A stretch of DNA of 64,000 nt from an uncultured Actinomycetes bacterium (GTDB lineage: Bacteria > Actinomycetota > UBA4738 > JBBDTT01). A model generated the notes under the pieces. The model did not search any database. It saw nothing but the letters and a program-made list of their open reading frames with translations, and had not been told where the DNA came from. Every line of letters starts with the position of its first letter. Positions within the stretch are counted from its first letter, which is position 1. The translations under genes and the position numbers were made by a program. Below are positions 55,972 to 64,000 of this stretch, in pieces. Location: positions 1,152,001 through 1,216,000 of the forward strand of contig CAVUMN010000004.1 in NCBI GenBank assembly GCA_963742735.1, written 5' to 3'.

Positions 55972-56446
55972 ACTGCAGCGGGATCCCGAAGTCGTGCTCC
56001 TTCAGGGACCGCATCACGACCTGCAGGTCGTCCTTCTTCTTCCCGGTGATCCGGATCTGATCGCCCATCACCTGGGACTGGACCTTGGCGGGGAGGGTCT
56101 TGACGAACTTCGTGACCTCCCGCGCCTTCTCGTCGTTGATGCCGTGGGTGATGTTCACGTTCTGGCGGAACGTGGACTTGGCGGCGGGCAGGACCGCGCC
56201 CTCGCTGAGGGCCTTCAACGACACGTTCCGCCGGACGAGCTTCTCCTTGAGGACCTCGAGCGCGGCGGCCACGCGGTTCTCGCTGTTGCCGCGGATCTCG
56301 ATCAGGTCGGCGTCCTGGGTGAGCGACGAGCCCGTGTTCTTGAAGTCGAACCGGGTGAGGATCTCGCGCTGTGCCTGGTCCACCGCGTTGGTGACCTCGT
56401 TCAGCGCGACCTCGGAGACGACGTCGAAGGAGAAGTCCTTGGCCAC
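55952..56446 (-). CDS. yajQ: YajQ family nucleotide-binding protein
   Basis: SFDVVSEV, RFDFK, RITGKKKDDLQ and LQFTNFR. Confidence 0.95.
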   Translation of the reverse strand: MAKDFSFDVVSEVALNEVTNAVDQAQREILTRFDFKNTGSSLTQDADLIEIRGNSENRVAAALEVLKEKLVRRNVSLKALSEGAVLPAAKSTFRQNVNITHGINDEKAREVTKFVKTLPAKVQSQVMGDQIRITGKKKDDLQVVMRSLKEHDFGIPLQFTNFRP

Positions 56447-56492
56447 GGTGCTACTCTAGCCACAGAGGCGGCCTGCGGGCCGCCTCGAGCGC

Positions 56493-56574
56493 GGGAGGGT
56501 GCCCGAGCGGCCAAAGGGAGCGGTCTGTAAAATCGCCGGCGTAGCCTACGGAGGTTCGAATCCTCCCCCTCCCA
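56493..56574 (+). tRNA. tRNA-Tyr(GTA), CCA not encoded
   Basis: Acceptor GGGAGGG/CCCTCCC; anticodon loop CTGTAAA; long variable arm; GGTTCGAATCC. Confidence 0.96.
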
Positions 56575-56579
56575 CTCGT

Positions 56580-56705
56580 TCGGCACGGCTTCGCCGTTGC
56601 AGGCCGGCCTCGGCCTCGGTATCGAACCGCCTCATGAGCTCATGCGCCCATTGCGAGATCTCGTATGTCCTGGCGACCTCCGCCTTCGTCCTGCCTGACC
56701 CTGGA
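56580..56705 (-). pseudogene. IS481-like transposase N-terminal HTH remnant
   Basis: GRTKAEVARTYEISQWAHELMRRFDTEAEAGLQRRSR resembles the IS481-family N-terminus; no DDE domain follows. Confidence 0.6.
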
Positions 56706-56739
56706 TGCGACGCGCCCGATCTGACTTTAAGCCATACAA

Positions 56740-57525
56740 TCATGCGGAGTGCGCTTCAACCTGCGTGGCTTCGAATTTTGATCCACGGCACCGCGCTGTA
56801 ACGCTGATCTCTCCTCCCCTCCATAGAGACTCTTCAAGATCCTCTCTTGTGAGAGGCATCCCGAGCGTCTCGGGGACATCTACGGCGACCTCCGCCTCCT
56901 GGTAGATATTCGGCGACGAGTGACTCACTCGCAGGACCACCACATAGGGCGGACGCAGATCAACCTCCGTCGTTTCGGCTGGTCCGATAATGCCGAGCCA
57001 TTGGCCCCGCAACTCGATTGGTTCGCTGGCCGGATCGCATGCAGGGGGGACAAGATACTTCCGTAGCCCTGCCGGAACAGTTTCGAGATCCTTGTTCACC
57101 AGCAGGATGGCTCCATCCGCCGTAACGATGGCCGTTTGCGAATCTATCCCGGGGAGCTGGGACACCTCTACGGTTTCGGACTTGTCACCAGAACAAGCCT
57201 CTACAGACCCGAACCCAAGGCTCGTGGTTCCCCTGGCCGGGGTGCCCGCGGGGACTCCCGTGTATGCGATGCCTTCGAAGTGGACGACATAGGCGCACTC
57301 CGAGTCCTCATCCCCCAGATTGATGGCCGACGTGGGGCCCGCCGACGTGTCCGACTCGATAATGGCGAAACTGATAGTGCCGAGAGCTCCCACGGCTACA
57401 AGAATCGCGAGGATTACCGGAACCCGTGATGATCGGTGCCCAGCTTTTCTGGCAGTGATTTCATCCCACTGATCCGGTGCTTGCAAGGGCCCGACGCGCC
57501 TGAATCTAGACTCCAGCTCATCCAT
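56740..57525 (-). CDS. Putative anti-sigma factor/single-TM protein with extracytoplasmic domain
   Basis: MDELESRFRRV..APDQWDEI, one TM, CAYVVHFEG; overlaps the ECF sigma stop; GGAGG RBS. Confidence 0.7.
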   Translation of the reverse strand: MDELESRFRRVGPLQAPDQWDEITARKAGHRSSRVPVILAILVAVGALGTISFAIIESDTSAGPTSAINLGDEDSECAYVVHFEGIAYTGVPAGTPARGTTSLGFGSVEACSGDKSETVEVSQLPGIDSQTAIVTADGAILLVNKDLETVPAGLRKYLVPPACDPASEPIELRGQWLGIIGPAETTEVDLRPPYVVVLRVSHSSPNIYQEAEVAVDVPETLGMPLTREDLEESLWRGGEISVTARCRGSKFEATQVEAHSA

Positions 57526-57982
57526 GGTCCCTCCTAATTGTGGTCCGCAGACGCTTGCGAGCTCGGTGCAAGTGAACCCCGACGGTCGACCGACTAGACC
57601 CCATGCGGCGTGCGACCTCGTCAAGCGTAAGCGCGCCGTAGTAGTAGAGAATCACAGCGGCCCGCTGCTTTGGTGGTAGGTCAAGTAGTTCGGCGATGAG
57701 CTCAGTCGTCGGCTCGGTCATTTCGTAGAATGTTTCAGGAATCTCGTAAGTCTCTCGCTGCCGACGCTTCAGCTCTACCGCCGCAACGCGAAATCCGACT
57801 CTCCAGACCCAGCGATCCAAATCGTGGACTTGATCACCGGCCTCGAGCGCACGGGCAAAGGCTTCCGCCACCGCGTCACTCGCTACTCCGGCATCTCCCG
57901 AGAACAACAGGAGCGATCGCCAGAGATGCGGACCGGTTTGGCGATACACCTGCTCGGCGCGGTCGAGCCATCGATCGGTCAC
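57518..57982 (-). CDS. ECF sigma-70 factor
   Basis: ASDAVAEAFARAL, WVWRVGFR and LPPKQRAAVILYY...TVGVHLHRARKRL; start uncertain. Confidence 0.88.
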   Translation of the reverse strand: MTDRWLDRAEQVYRQTGPHLWRSLLLFSGDAGVASDAVAEAFARALEAGDQVHDLDRWVWRVGFRVAAVELKRRQRETYEIPETFYEMTEPTTELIAELLDLPPKQRAAVILYYYGALTLDEVARRMGSSRSTVGVHLHRARKRLRTTIRRDHG

Positions 57983-58229
57983 TCGAAGCACACCATATAG
58001 AGGCCAGGGGTGGCCAAATGCTTTACCTGCGGGCGAAGAATAGAACACACTCCGTCATCCGGACCTGGTCTTCACGAAGCTAATCTGGCGAAACAGTCGA
58101 GACACGACAGGCCGCTACTACAGCAACTGAATGGCCGGGGCAGACGGTGGCTCCCATGCGATTCCAGTTGTGGGCCTTGATTTCCCTATCGCCCCGGGGG
58201 GATATTGAGTGGTACGAGCGAGGCGCCCC

Positions 58230-59189
58230 ATGTCGCGACGCGCTTTGGCAGTTGGATTAGCCCTGTTTCTTCTAGCGCCCGGGCCGGCCTTGGCTCAGGC
58301 TACCGGAGGCGGTTCAGCCGACAGGCCGAGCGATCCCCCCACCGGCCTGCGCCCAGGCGATGAAGTTCGCGACGGACGGATCTCGCTTCGGGTTCCCCCG
58401 AAAGGCCAAAGAGTTTGGAAGCACGAGACCTACCCCGACGGAACCCAAGTCCTGGGCATCACCACGGAACCCGACGGCAAGGTGGCAGTTCATAACTACG
58501 GGGACGAGAGTGCAAAGCCAGCGGGGGAGGACGGACAGAAGTCGAGCGCGGCGGTCGCTGTCGACGACCCCTTTCCTGACTCCCTGCCGTCTTGTTCAAA
58601 TCCCCACAATGATCCCAAAGACGGCAAATGGTACAGTCGGGTCGACTGGTACCTAAATATCGATACCATCCCGCTCGGTGAGGTTCAAGAGGACAATGCC
58701 ATTCAGGCGTTCCGCGACGGAATCACTAATATTGTCAGAGGCGACAACCCCTGTGGCTACCCGGATCAGATTGATGCCACGTCGCTCTATTTTGGGGACA
58801 CGAACTATTCATCTGGCGTTAGTTTCGGCAGCGGGTGCACTTGGGATGGCCGCAACGTAGCGGACTTCAAGATGGCGTCGGGGTCACCAGCGACGGGTGG
58901 CGCGTGCACTCGCCAGATTCTTTACGGCGTATGGACGATCGTTGAGGGAGACATAACCTTGAACGACGCCCGCGTTTGGACCGCGAATCCGATTCCGGGC
59001 CAGTGCTCGGGAAAGTCCGACGTTGAGTCAACGGTAACTCACGAACGCGGTCACAATTTTGGCCTAAACGACTTGGCCGCCACGGCCGACAAGAACCTGA
59101 CGATGTCGGCCGGCGCCCTAAGCTGCGCGACGTACAAGAGAGACCTGGGTCTGGGTGACGTAGTGGGCTTACAGGACAAGTACTCGTAG
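58230..59189 (+). CDS. Secreted metzincin/matrixin-like zinc metalloprotease
   Basis: Signal peptide ending ALA; VEGDITLN; THERGHNFGLND zinc motif; LTM Met-turn; LGLGDVVGL. Confidence 0.8.
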   Translation: MSRRALAVGLALFLLAPGPALAQATGGGSADRPSDPPTGLRPGDEVRDGRISLRVPPKGQRVWKHETYPDGTQVLGITTEPDGKVAVHNYGDESAKPAGEDGQKSSAAVAVDDPFPDSLPSCSNPHNDPKDGKWYSRVDWYLNIDTIPLGEVQEDNAIQAFRDGITNIVRGDNPCGYPDQIDATSLYFGDTNYSSGVSFGSGCTWDGRNVADFKMASGSPATGGACTRQILYGVWTIVEGDITLNDARVWTANPIPGQCSGKSDVESTVTHERGHNFGLNDLAATADKNLTMSAGALSCATYKRDLGLGDVVGLQDKYS

Positions 59190-59526
59190 CTGCGACGAGC
59201 CTGGATAACACGCGGATACAACCATGCGGGGCTCGGCCCTGTGGCGGTGTAGGGGTATCAAAAAGGAGGGTGAGGAAGGTGACACGATGAGCGGCGCTCG
59301 AGCCTGCTGCTGGTGGGAGGCAACCTGCCCAGGCAGAGATTCCCAGCCGACGAAAGGCCACAGCGTGGGCTCGCGCTGCCCCCACTGTGGGCTCGAGACT
59401 GAGTACTCCGATCAGAACCACCGAGCAGCGCGCGGGGTCCCGCGTCGCGATTGTCGTTGAGCGAACCCGCGTCTTCTGTCCTGTCCCCGTGGCGAGCTGA
59501 GGATGACGACGTGCTTCTTGAACACA

Positions 59527-59799
59527 AGGTCGCGGCTGGCGTTCCAGTCGCTGGCCGTCCTGGCCACCCGGGAGGGGCGGCACCAGGGCGCGCTGCGCCT
59601 GGCGGCCGGCTCGGAGCGCCTCGACGAGGGCGCCGGTGCAACCCGTACGGCGGGGTTCGCCGGCCTGCTGGAGGGGGATCCGGCTGCCGAGGCCCGCGCC
59701 GGGCTCGCCGACGACGAGGAGGCCGACCGGGCGTTGCAGGAGGGCCGCGCCATGACCCTCGACCAGGCGGTGGCCGTCGCCCGCGGGGACGAGGCCTGA
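59527..59799 (+). pseudogene. Orphan C-terminal fragment of a TPR/ATPase (adenylate cyclase or LuxR/SARP-associated) protein
   Basis: ALRLAAGSERL...ARAGL...EGRAMTLDQAVAVAR is the typical C-terminus; host-like GC resumes abruptly at about 59527; 5' part missing. Confidence 0.65.
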
Positions 59800-59806
59800 G
59801 CACCGT

Positions 59807-60307
59807 TTACGCCTCGTCGACGGTGATGACGTCGTTGAGGCGCACGCCCTTGTCCTCGAAGAACCCCCGGTTCACCTCGAGCGCGCCCTGCGCGGGCGCC
59901 CCCGAGCCGTAGAGCGGACACGGCTCGGCGGTGCACGGGTCCATGTCCTGGATCGAGACGATGGTCCCGTCCGCGCGGAAGTAGGCGATCGACAGCGGGA
60001 TGAGCGTGTCCTTCATCCAGAACTGCCGGGGCTGCTCGTCGGAGAACAGAAACACCATCCCGGAGTTCGCCGGGAGCGACGTCCGCCCCATCAGCCCCTG
60101 CTGGTGGGCCTCGTCGGTGTGGGCGATCTCGACCTGCAGGGTGACCGTCGCGTCGAGCACGTCGATCGTGGCGGTGCCCCGTCCGAACAGCGAGGACGAG
60201 CCCGTTGAGGATCCCGGCGGCGTGGGGCTGGAGCCCGGATCCGGGGCCCGATCGCACGCGGACGCCGCCAGGAGCAGCGCCGTCAAGAGCACGGACAGTC
60301 GCCTCAT
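59807..60307 (-). CDS. DUF192 domain lipoprotein
   Basis: Lipobox ASAC; GLMGR, GMVFLF, FWMKDTLIPLSIAY and ALEVNRG. Confidence 0.92.
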   Translation of the reverse strand: MRRLSVLLTALLLAASACDRAPDPGSSPTPPGSSTGSSSLFGRGTATIDVLDATVTLQVEIAHTDEAHQQGLMGRTSLPANSGMVFLFSDEQPRQFWMKDTLIPLSIAYFRADGTIVSIQDMDPCTAEPCPLYGSGAPAQGALEVNRGFFEDKGVRLNDVITVDEA

Positions 60308-60332
60308 GCACCCACTATCATCGACCGAACTC

Positions 60333-60405
60333 GCTGGAGTAGCTCAGACGGCAGAGCACCGCCATGGTAAGGCGGGGGTCCGGGGTTCGATTCCCCGCTC
60401 CAGCT
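60333..60405 (+). tRNA. tRNA-Thr(GGT)
   Basis: Acceptor GCTGGAG/CTCCAGC; anticodon arm CCGCC-ATGGTAA-GGCGG; GGTTCGATTCC. Confidence 0.95.
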
Positions 60406-60427
60406 CCGAGGCGTCCGAAGGAGATCC

Positions 60428-60787
60428 ATGGACGAGTCCGCGGTTCGCGACTGGGTTGACCGGTACGTGCATGCGTGGGGGTCCAACGACCCCGACGAGA
60501 TCGCCGCGCTGTTCACCGAGGACGGGCGGTACTACACCGCGCCGCACCGCGAGCCCTGGGCGGGGCAGGACGAGATCGTCCGCGGATGGCTCGGCCGCAA
60601 GGACGACCAGGGTGACTGGACCTTCGAGTACGACGTCCTGGCCGTGGCCGGCGACCTCGCCTTCGTACGGGGCCGCACCGGGTACAAGAGCGAGGGCAAC
60701 GACTACAGCAACCTGTGGGTCCTTCGACTGGACGACGCCGGCCGGTGCGCCGAGTTCATCGAGTGGTGGATGGAGGCGACCGGCTGA
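60428..60787 (+). CDS. SnoaL/NTF2-like protein
   Basis: WVDRYVHAWGSND, LFTEDGRY, YSNLWVL and EFIEWW. Confidence 0.88.
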   Translation: MDESAVRDWVDRYVHAWGSNDPDEIAALFTEDGRYYTAPHREPWAGQDEIVRGWLGRKDDQGDWTFEYDVLAVAGDLAFVRGRTGYKSEGNDYSNLWVLRLDDAGRCAEFIEWWMEATG

Positions 60788-60824
60788 CCGCACCCCGTTC
60801 GCCCTCCGGTAGACTTGACGCCAC

Positions 60825-60899
60825 GGCGGCGTAGCTCAGGGGCAGAGCAAGCGGCTCATAATCGCTGTGTCGGTGGTTCGAGTCCACCCGCCGCTACCA
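60825..60899 (+). tRNA. tRNA-Met(CAT), elongator type
   Basis: GGCGGCG/CGCCGCT acceptor; loop CTCATAA; ends ACCA; conserved position before rpmG. Confidence 0.93.
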
Positions 60900-60927
60900 A
60901 CCCGACGAGACCGAAGAGGAACCGAGG

Positions 60928-61092
60928 ATGCCGAAGTCCGACAAGCGCCCGAAGATCACGCTCGCCTGCGGAGAGTGCAAGCGGCGGAACTACGCGACGG
61001 TCAAGAACAAGGCCAACGATCGCGATCGCATCGAGCTGAACAAGTACTGCCGGTGGTGCCAGAAGCACACCGCCCACAAGGAGACGCGCTAG
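60928..61092 (+). CDS. rpmG: 50S ribosomal protein L33 (zinc-binding CxxC form), absent from the ORF track
   Basis: [54 protein letters not shown]. Confidence 0.97.
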   Translation: MPKSDKRPKITLACGECKRRNYATVKNKANDRDRIELNKYCRWCQKHTAHKETR

Positions 61093-61427
61093 CTCCTTGC
61101 CTCTCGGCCGTCCCCGTTCTCCGGGAACGCCTCCAGGCGGACCTTCCCCGACCGGATCGCGAACGTGATCGCCTCGAGCTTGGAGTGCACTCCCAGCTTC
61201 GTCAGCGTGTTCTGCACGTGCGTGCGCAGCGTGTGACGGCTGATCCCGAGCCGGTCGGAGATCGCGTCGGGGCCGAGGCCGTCGGCCGTCAGCTGGAGGA
61301 TCTCCACCTCGCGCGCCGTGAGCCGCTCGGCGCGCTCGCGCGGCGTCGCCTCTCCGCGGCGTCGCCGGGACAGCGTCGAGTCGGCCTGGGGCTCTGTGCG
61401 TGCGGGCATGCCGAGGAATCCTGACAT
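61089..61427 (-). CDS. Stand-alone LuxR-type HTH regulator
   Basis: [12 protein letters not shown]....[31 protein letters not shown]; no receiver domain; start uncertain. Confidence 0.85.
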   Translation of the reverse strand: MSGFLGMPARTEPQADSTLSRRRRGEATPRERAERLTAREVEILQLTADGLGPDAISDRLGISRHTLRTHVQNTLTKLGVHSKLEAITFAIRSGKVRLEAFPENGDGREARS

Positions 61428-61533
61428 CGGCCCGCGCCCGTGTCCATCGGCCGTTTGACCCTCGGAACGACGGTCCCGTAGCCTTCGAACCGGCCCGGGT
61501 CCGGGCCGAATCCGAACGCGGTAGGAGGCAACG

Positions 61534-62340
61534 TTGGGTCGTCTCGAAGGAAGGGTCGCGGTCGTCACCGGCGCCGGCAGGGGTATCGGCTCGGCGACCG
61601 CTCGCAAGTTCGCGGAGGAGGGCGCCGCCGTCGTGGTCAACGACGTCGATCCCGCGCCCGCGGAGGAGACCGCACAGGCCATCAAGGACGCCGGCGGACG
61701 GGCCATGGTCTCGAGTGAGAACACCGTCGATCTGGAGCAGGCGAAGCAGATGTTCGCCCGGGCGAACGAGGAGTTCGGCAAGATCGACATCGTCGTGAAC
61801 AACGCGGGCATCACCCGCGACAAGACGTTCCACAACCTCGACGACGAGACGTGGGACTTCGTCCTGGACGTGAACCTCAAGACCGCGTTCCACACCTCGC
61901 TCGCGTCCATGCCCTACCTGCGCGAGGCCGCGAAGCGGGAGATGGCCGAGCAGGGAGCGCCCGCCTATCACCGCAAGATCACGTTCACGACCTCGACGGC
62001 CGCGCTCATCGGCAACTCCGGGCAGGCCAACTACACGGCGGCGAAGGGGGCGATCGTCTCGCTGACGAAGACCCTCGCCCGCGAGCTCGGGCCGTTCAAG
62101 ATCAACGTGAACGCCGTGGCCCCGGGGTTCATCGAGACCCGCCTCACCCAGGCCAAGCAGGAAGGAAACGACATCGGGATCCCGGAGTCGATCCGGTCGA
62201 TGGCCCTGATGTTGATCGGTCTCGGCCGGTACGGGGAGCCCGAGGACGTCGCCAACGCCCACCTGTTCCTGGCCAGCCACGAGGCGGACTACGTCTCGGG
62301 AGTGATCCTGCCCGTCGCCGGCGCGCAGCTCGGCGCCTAG
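61534..62340 (+). CDS. 3-oxoacyl-ACP reductase-like SDR
   Basis: TGAGRGIG, NNAGITRD, GQANYTAAKG and NAVAPGFIET. Confidence 0.93.
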   Translation: MGRLEGRVAVVTGAGRGIGSATARKFAEEGAAVVVNDVDPAPAEETAQAIKDAGGRAMVSSENTVDLEQAKQMFARANEEFGKIDIVVNNAGITRDKTFHNLDDETWDFVLDVNLKTAFHTSLASMPYLREAAKREMAEQGAPAYHRKITFTTSTAALIGNSGQANYTAAKGAIVSLTKTLARELGPFKINVNAVAPGFIETRLTQAKQEGNDIGIPESIRSMALMLIGLGRYGEPEDVANAHLFLASHEADYVSGVILPVAGAQLGA

Positions 62341-62356
62341 GAGGAAGGAAAGAGCC

Positions 62357-62809
62357 ATGCCCCTGAACCAGTCGCTGAAGGGCAAGGAGTACGGGGAGGT
62401 GTCCTTCACCGTGGAGCGCGACAAGGTCAACCAGTTCGCGCAGGCGGTGGGGGAGACCGACCCGATCTACACCGACACCGAGGCGGCAAAGGCCGCCGGC
62501 TACCCCGAGCAGGTCGCGCCGCCGACCTTCGCGACGGTCCTGCAGATGGCCGCGAGCGGCTACGTCGTGAACGACCAGGACCTGCACCTGGACTACACGC
62601 GGGTCGTCCACGGCGAGCAGGAGTTCGAGTACACCCGCCCGCTCTACGTGGGCGACAAGCTGACCGCGGTCCCGAGGGTCGGGGACATCTACGCGAAGGG
62701 CGCGAACGAGTTCCTGGTCATCGAGGCGGAGATCAAGGACGAGTCCGGGAACACGGTCGTCGTGTCCCGTTCGACGATCCTGTCCCGCGGAACGGCGGAG
62801 GGGGCATAG
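62357..62809 (+). CDS. MaoC-family dehydratase N-terminal subunit (HadA-like)
   Basis: FAQAVGETDP, APPTF and VVHGEQEF; conserved position after rpmG. Confidence 0.88.
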   Translation: MPLNQSLKGKEYGEVSFTVERDKVNQFAQAVGETDPIYTDTEAAKAAGYPEQVAPPTFATVLQMAASGYVVNDQDLHLDYTRVVHGEQEFEYTRPLYVGDKLTAVPRVGDIYAKGANEFLVIEAEIKDESGNTVVVSRSTILSRGTAEGA

Positions 62810-62811
62810 CC

Positions 62812-63240
62812 ATGGCGGCAAAGGTGAGCTTCGACAGCGTCAACGTCGGGGACGAGGTCTTCTCCGCGTCGAAGGTCGTCAAGGCCGACGACGTCAAGGC
62901 CTACGCCGACGCCTCAGGGGACCAGAACCCCCTGCACCAGGACGACGCGTTCGCGCAGACGGTCGGCTACCCGGGCCGGATCGGCCACGGGATGTACTCA
63001 ATGGCCCACCTCACGAGGGCGCTCGGTGAGTGGGTGGGGGACCCGGCGGCGATCAAGTCCGTCAAGGTCCAGTTCCGTGCCGTCGTCTACATGGACGAGA
63101 CGCTCGTGGCCAAGGGTCGCGTGGCCTCGAAGGACGAGAGCACCAAGCAGGTCACGGTCGAGCTCTGGGAGGAGCTCGAGCGCGACGGCGAGGTCCAGAA
63201 CCCGATCAAGAACGCCTCGGCGGTCGTGGAGCTGGCATAA
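62812..63240 (+). CDS. MaoC-family dehydratase catalytic subunit (HadB-like)
   Basis: YADASGDQNPLHQD...IGHGM hydratase motif. Confidence 0.9.
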   Translation: MAAKVSFDSVNVGDEVFSASKVVKADDVKAYADASGDQNPLHQDDAFAQTVGYPGRIGHGMYSMAHLTRALGEWVGDPAAIKSVKVQFRAVVYMDETLVAKGRVASKDESTKQVTVELWEELERDGEVQNPIKNASAVVELA

Positions 63241-64000
63241 CCGAGACACGAGCTTCGGCCCCGCTCGTCTGGGCGGGCGCGCTGGCCACGTCGGCGGCCT
63301 TCGCCTATCCCAGCCTGTCGATCGGCGCGTCCTGGATCCAGCCGAGTGACCTGGCCCTCGTGGGGCTGTACCTCGCGCTCGCGCTCGCGGGCGCCCGTCG
63401 CCGGGTCGCCCTGTCGCCGACGGCGGTCGCTGCCGCCGGCGCCGCGTATCTGGCCGCGCTCGGGCTGTCGATCGCGCTGGCCGACCGCCCCACCGACCTG
63501 GCCTGGCTGCGCCTGGCCGCCTACGCACCCTTCGTCCTGTTGCCGTGGGCCCTGCCGCACGCGGTCCGGGACGAGGACGACGCGTCCTACGTGGTTCGGG
63601 CCTGGCTCGTCGGCGCGGGTCTCGCCGTGGCGGTCGGGCTCGTCCAGGTGGCCTGGTTCTACCTTGCTCGGGCCCTGTCGCTCGAGCCGTTTCCCTGCAA
63701 CTTCGGCCGCATCCCCGAGGGTCCCTACCCCCGGATCTGCGGACCCTTCCGGAACCCGAACGGCTACGCCGACTTTCTGGCGGCCACCGTCCCGTTCGTC
63801 GTGCTCTTCACTCGGGACCTGATCACCAGCGCGCGCCTGCGGTGGGCCGCCGGGGTGGCCGTCGCCGTCGTCTCGGTCTTCACGCTTTCCTCGGGGGTCG
63901 GCGGGATCGCCCTCGCGGCCGCGATCGCCGCCGGCGCACGGTGGCCCTCTCGCCGCCGGCTGCTCCTGGCTGCCGGCGCCTTGGTCGCGGCGGGCTTCCT
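63237..64000 (+). CDS. O-antigen ligase family membrane protein, runs off the window edge
   Basis: Open frame from 63237 with multiple TMs, QPSDL, RICGPFRNPNGYADFL and FTLSSG; apparent ATA start overlapping TAA. Confidence 0.7.
   Translation, partial: MTETRASAPLVWAGALATSAAFAYPSLSIGASWIQPSDLALVGLYLALALAGARRRVALSPTAVAAAGAAYLAALGLSIALADRPTDLAWLRLAAYAPFVLLPWALPHAVRDEDDASYVVRAWLVGAGLAVAVGLVQVAWFYLARALSLEPFPCNFGRIPEGPYPRICGPFRNPNGYADFLAATVPFVVLFTRDLITSARLRWAAGVAVAVVSVFTLSSGVGGIALAAAIAAGARWPSRRRLLLAAGALVAAGF

Noticed and set aside
56555-59530. Integrative element or prophage with attL/attR at tRNA-Tyr
   Set aside because: No integrase, no phage genes and no repeat of the tRNA 3' end found by eye

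Overview
High-GC window whose gene order points to an Actinomycetota chromosome, probably a deep-branching lineage (inference from synteny: Rv0501/Rv0502-like pair, glutaredoxin-rex-hem, menJ-nuoA-N-polyprenyl synthase, htpX, yajQ, tRNA-Tyr/Thr/Met-rpmG-MaoC pair). It is mostly a respiratory gene cluster with four Rex operators. It holds a rex-sirC-hemA-hemC-cobA/hemD-hemB-hemL tetrapyrrole cluster and an 8-gene minus-strand Rieske/cytochrome b operon of the split b6 type (ferredoxin, heme-ci cysteine, APWY motif, two unknown membrane proteins, an unannotated 34-aa membrane peptide). It also holds a complete 14-subunit complex I and a second complex-I-like operon lacking nuoD/E/F/G. The main observation is one ~36-aa helical domain (21/36 identical) fused through long Ala/Pro linkers to the N-terminus of cytochrome b subunit IV and to the C-terminus of the second NuoI, which suggests a shared docking module linking the two complexes. 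Other features are a MITE-like inverted-repeat element and a lower-GC island after tRNA-Tyr bounded by IS481-like fragments. Several single-base frameshifts at 17-20 kb and about 55.7 kb are most likely assembly errors. All product calls come from motif recognition by eye; no searches were run.
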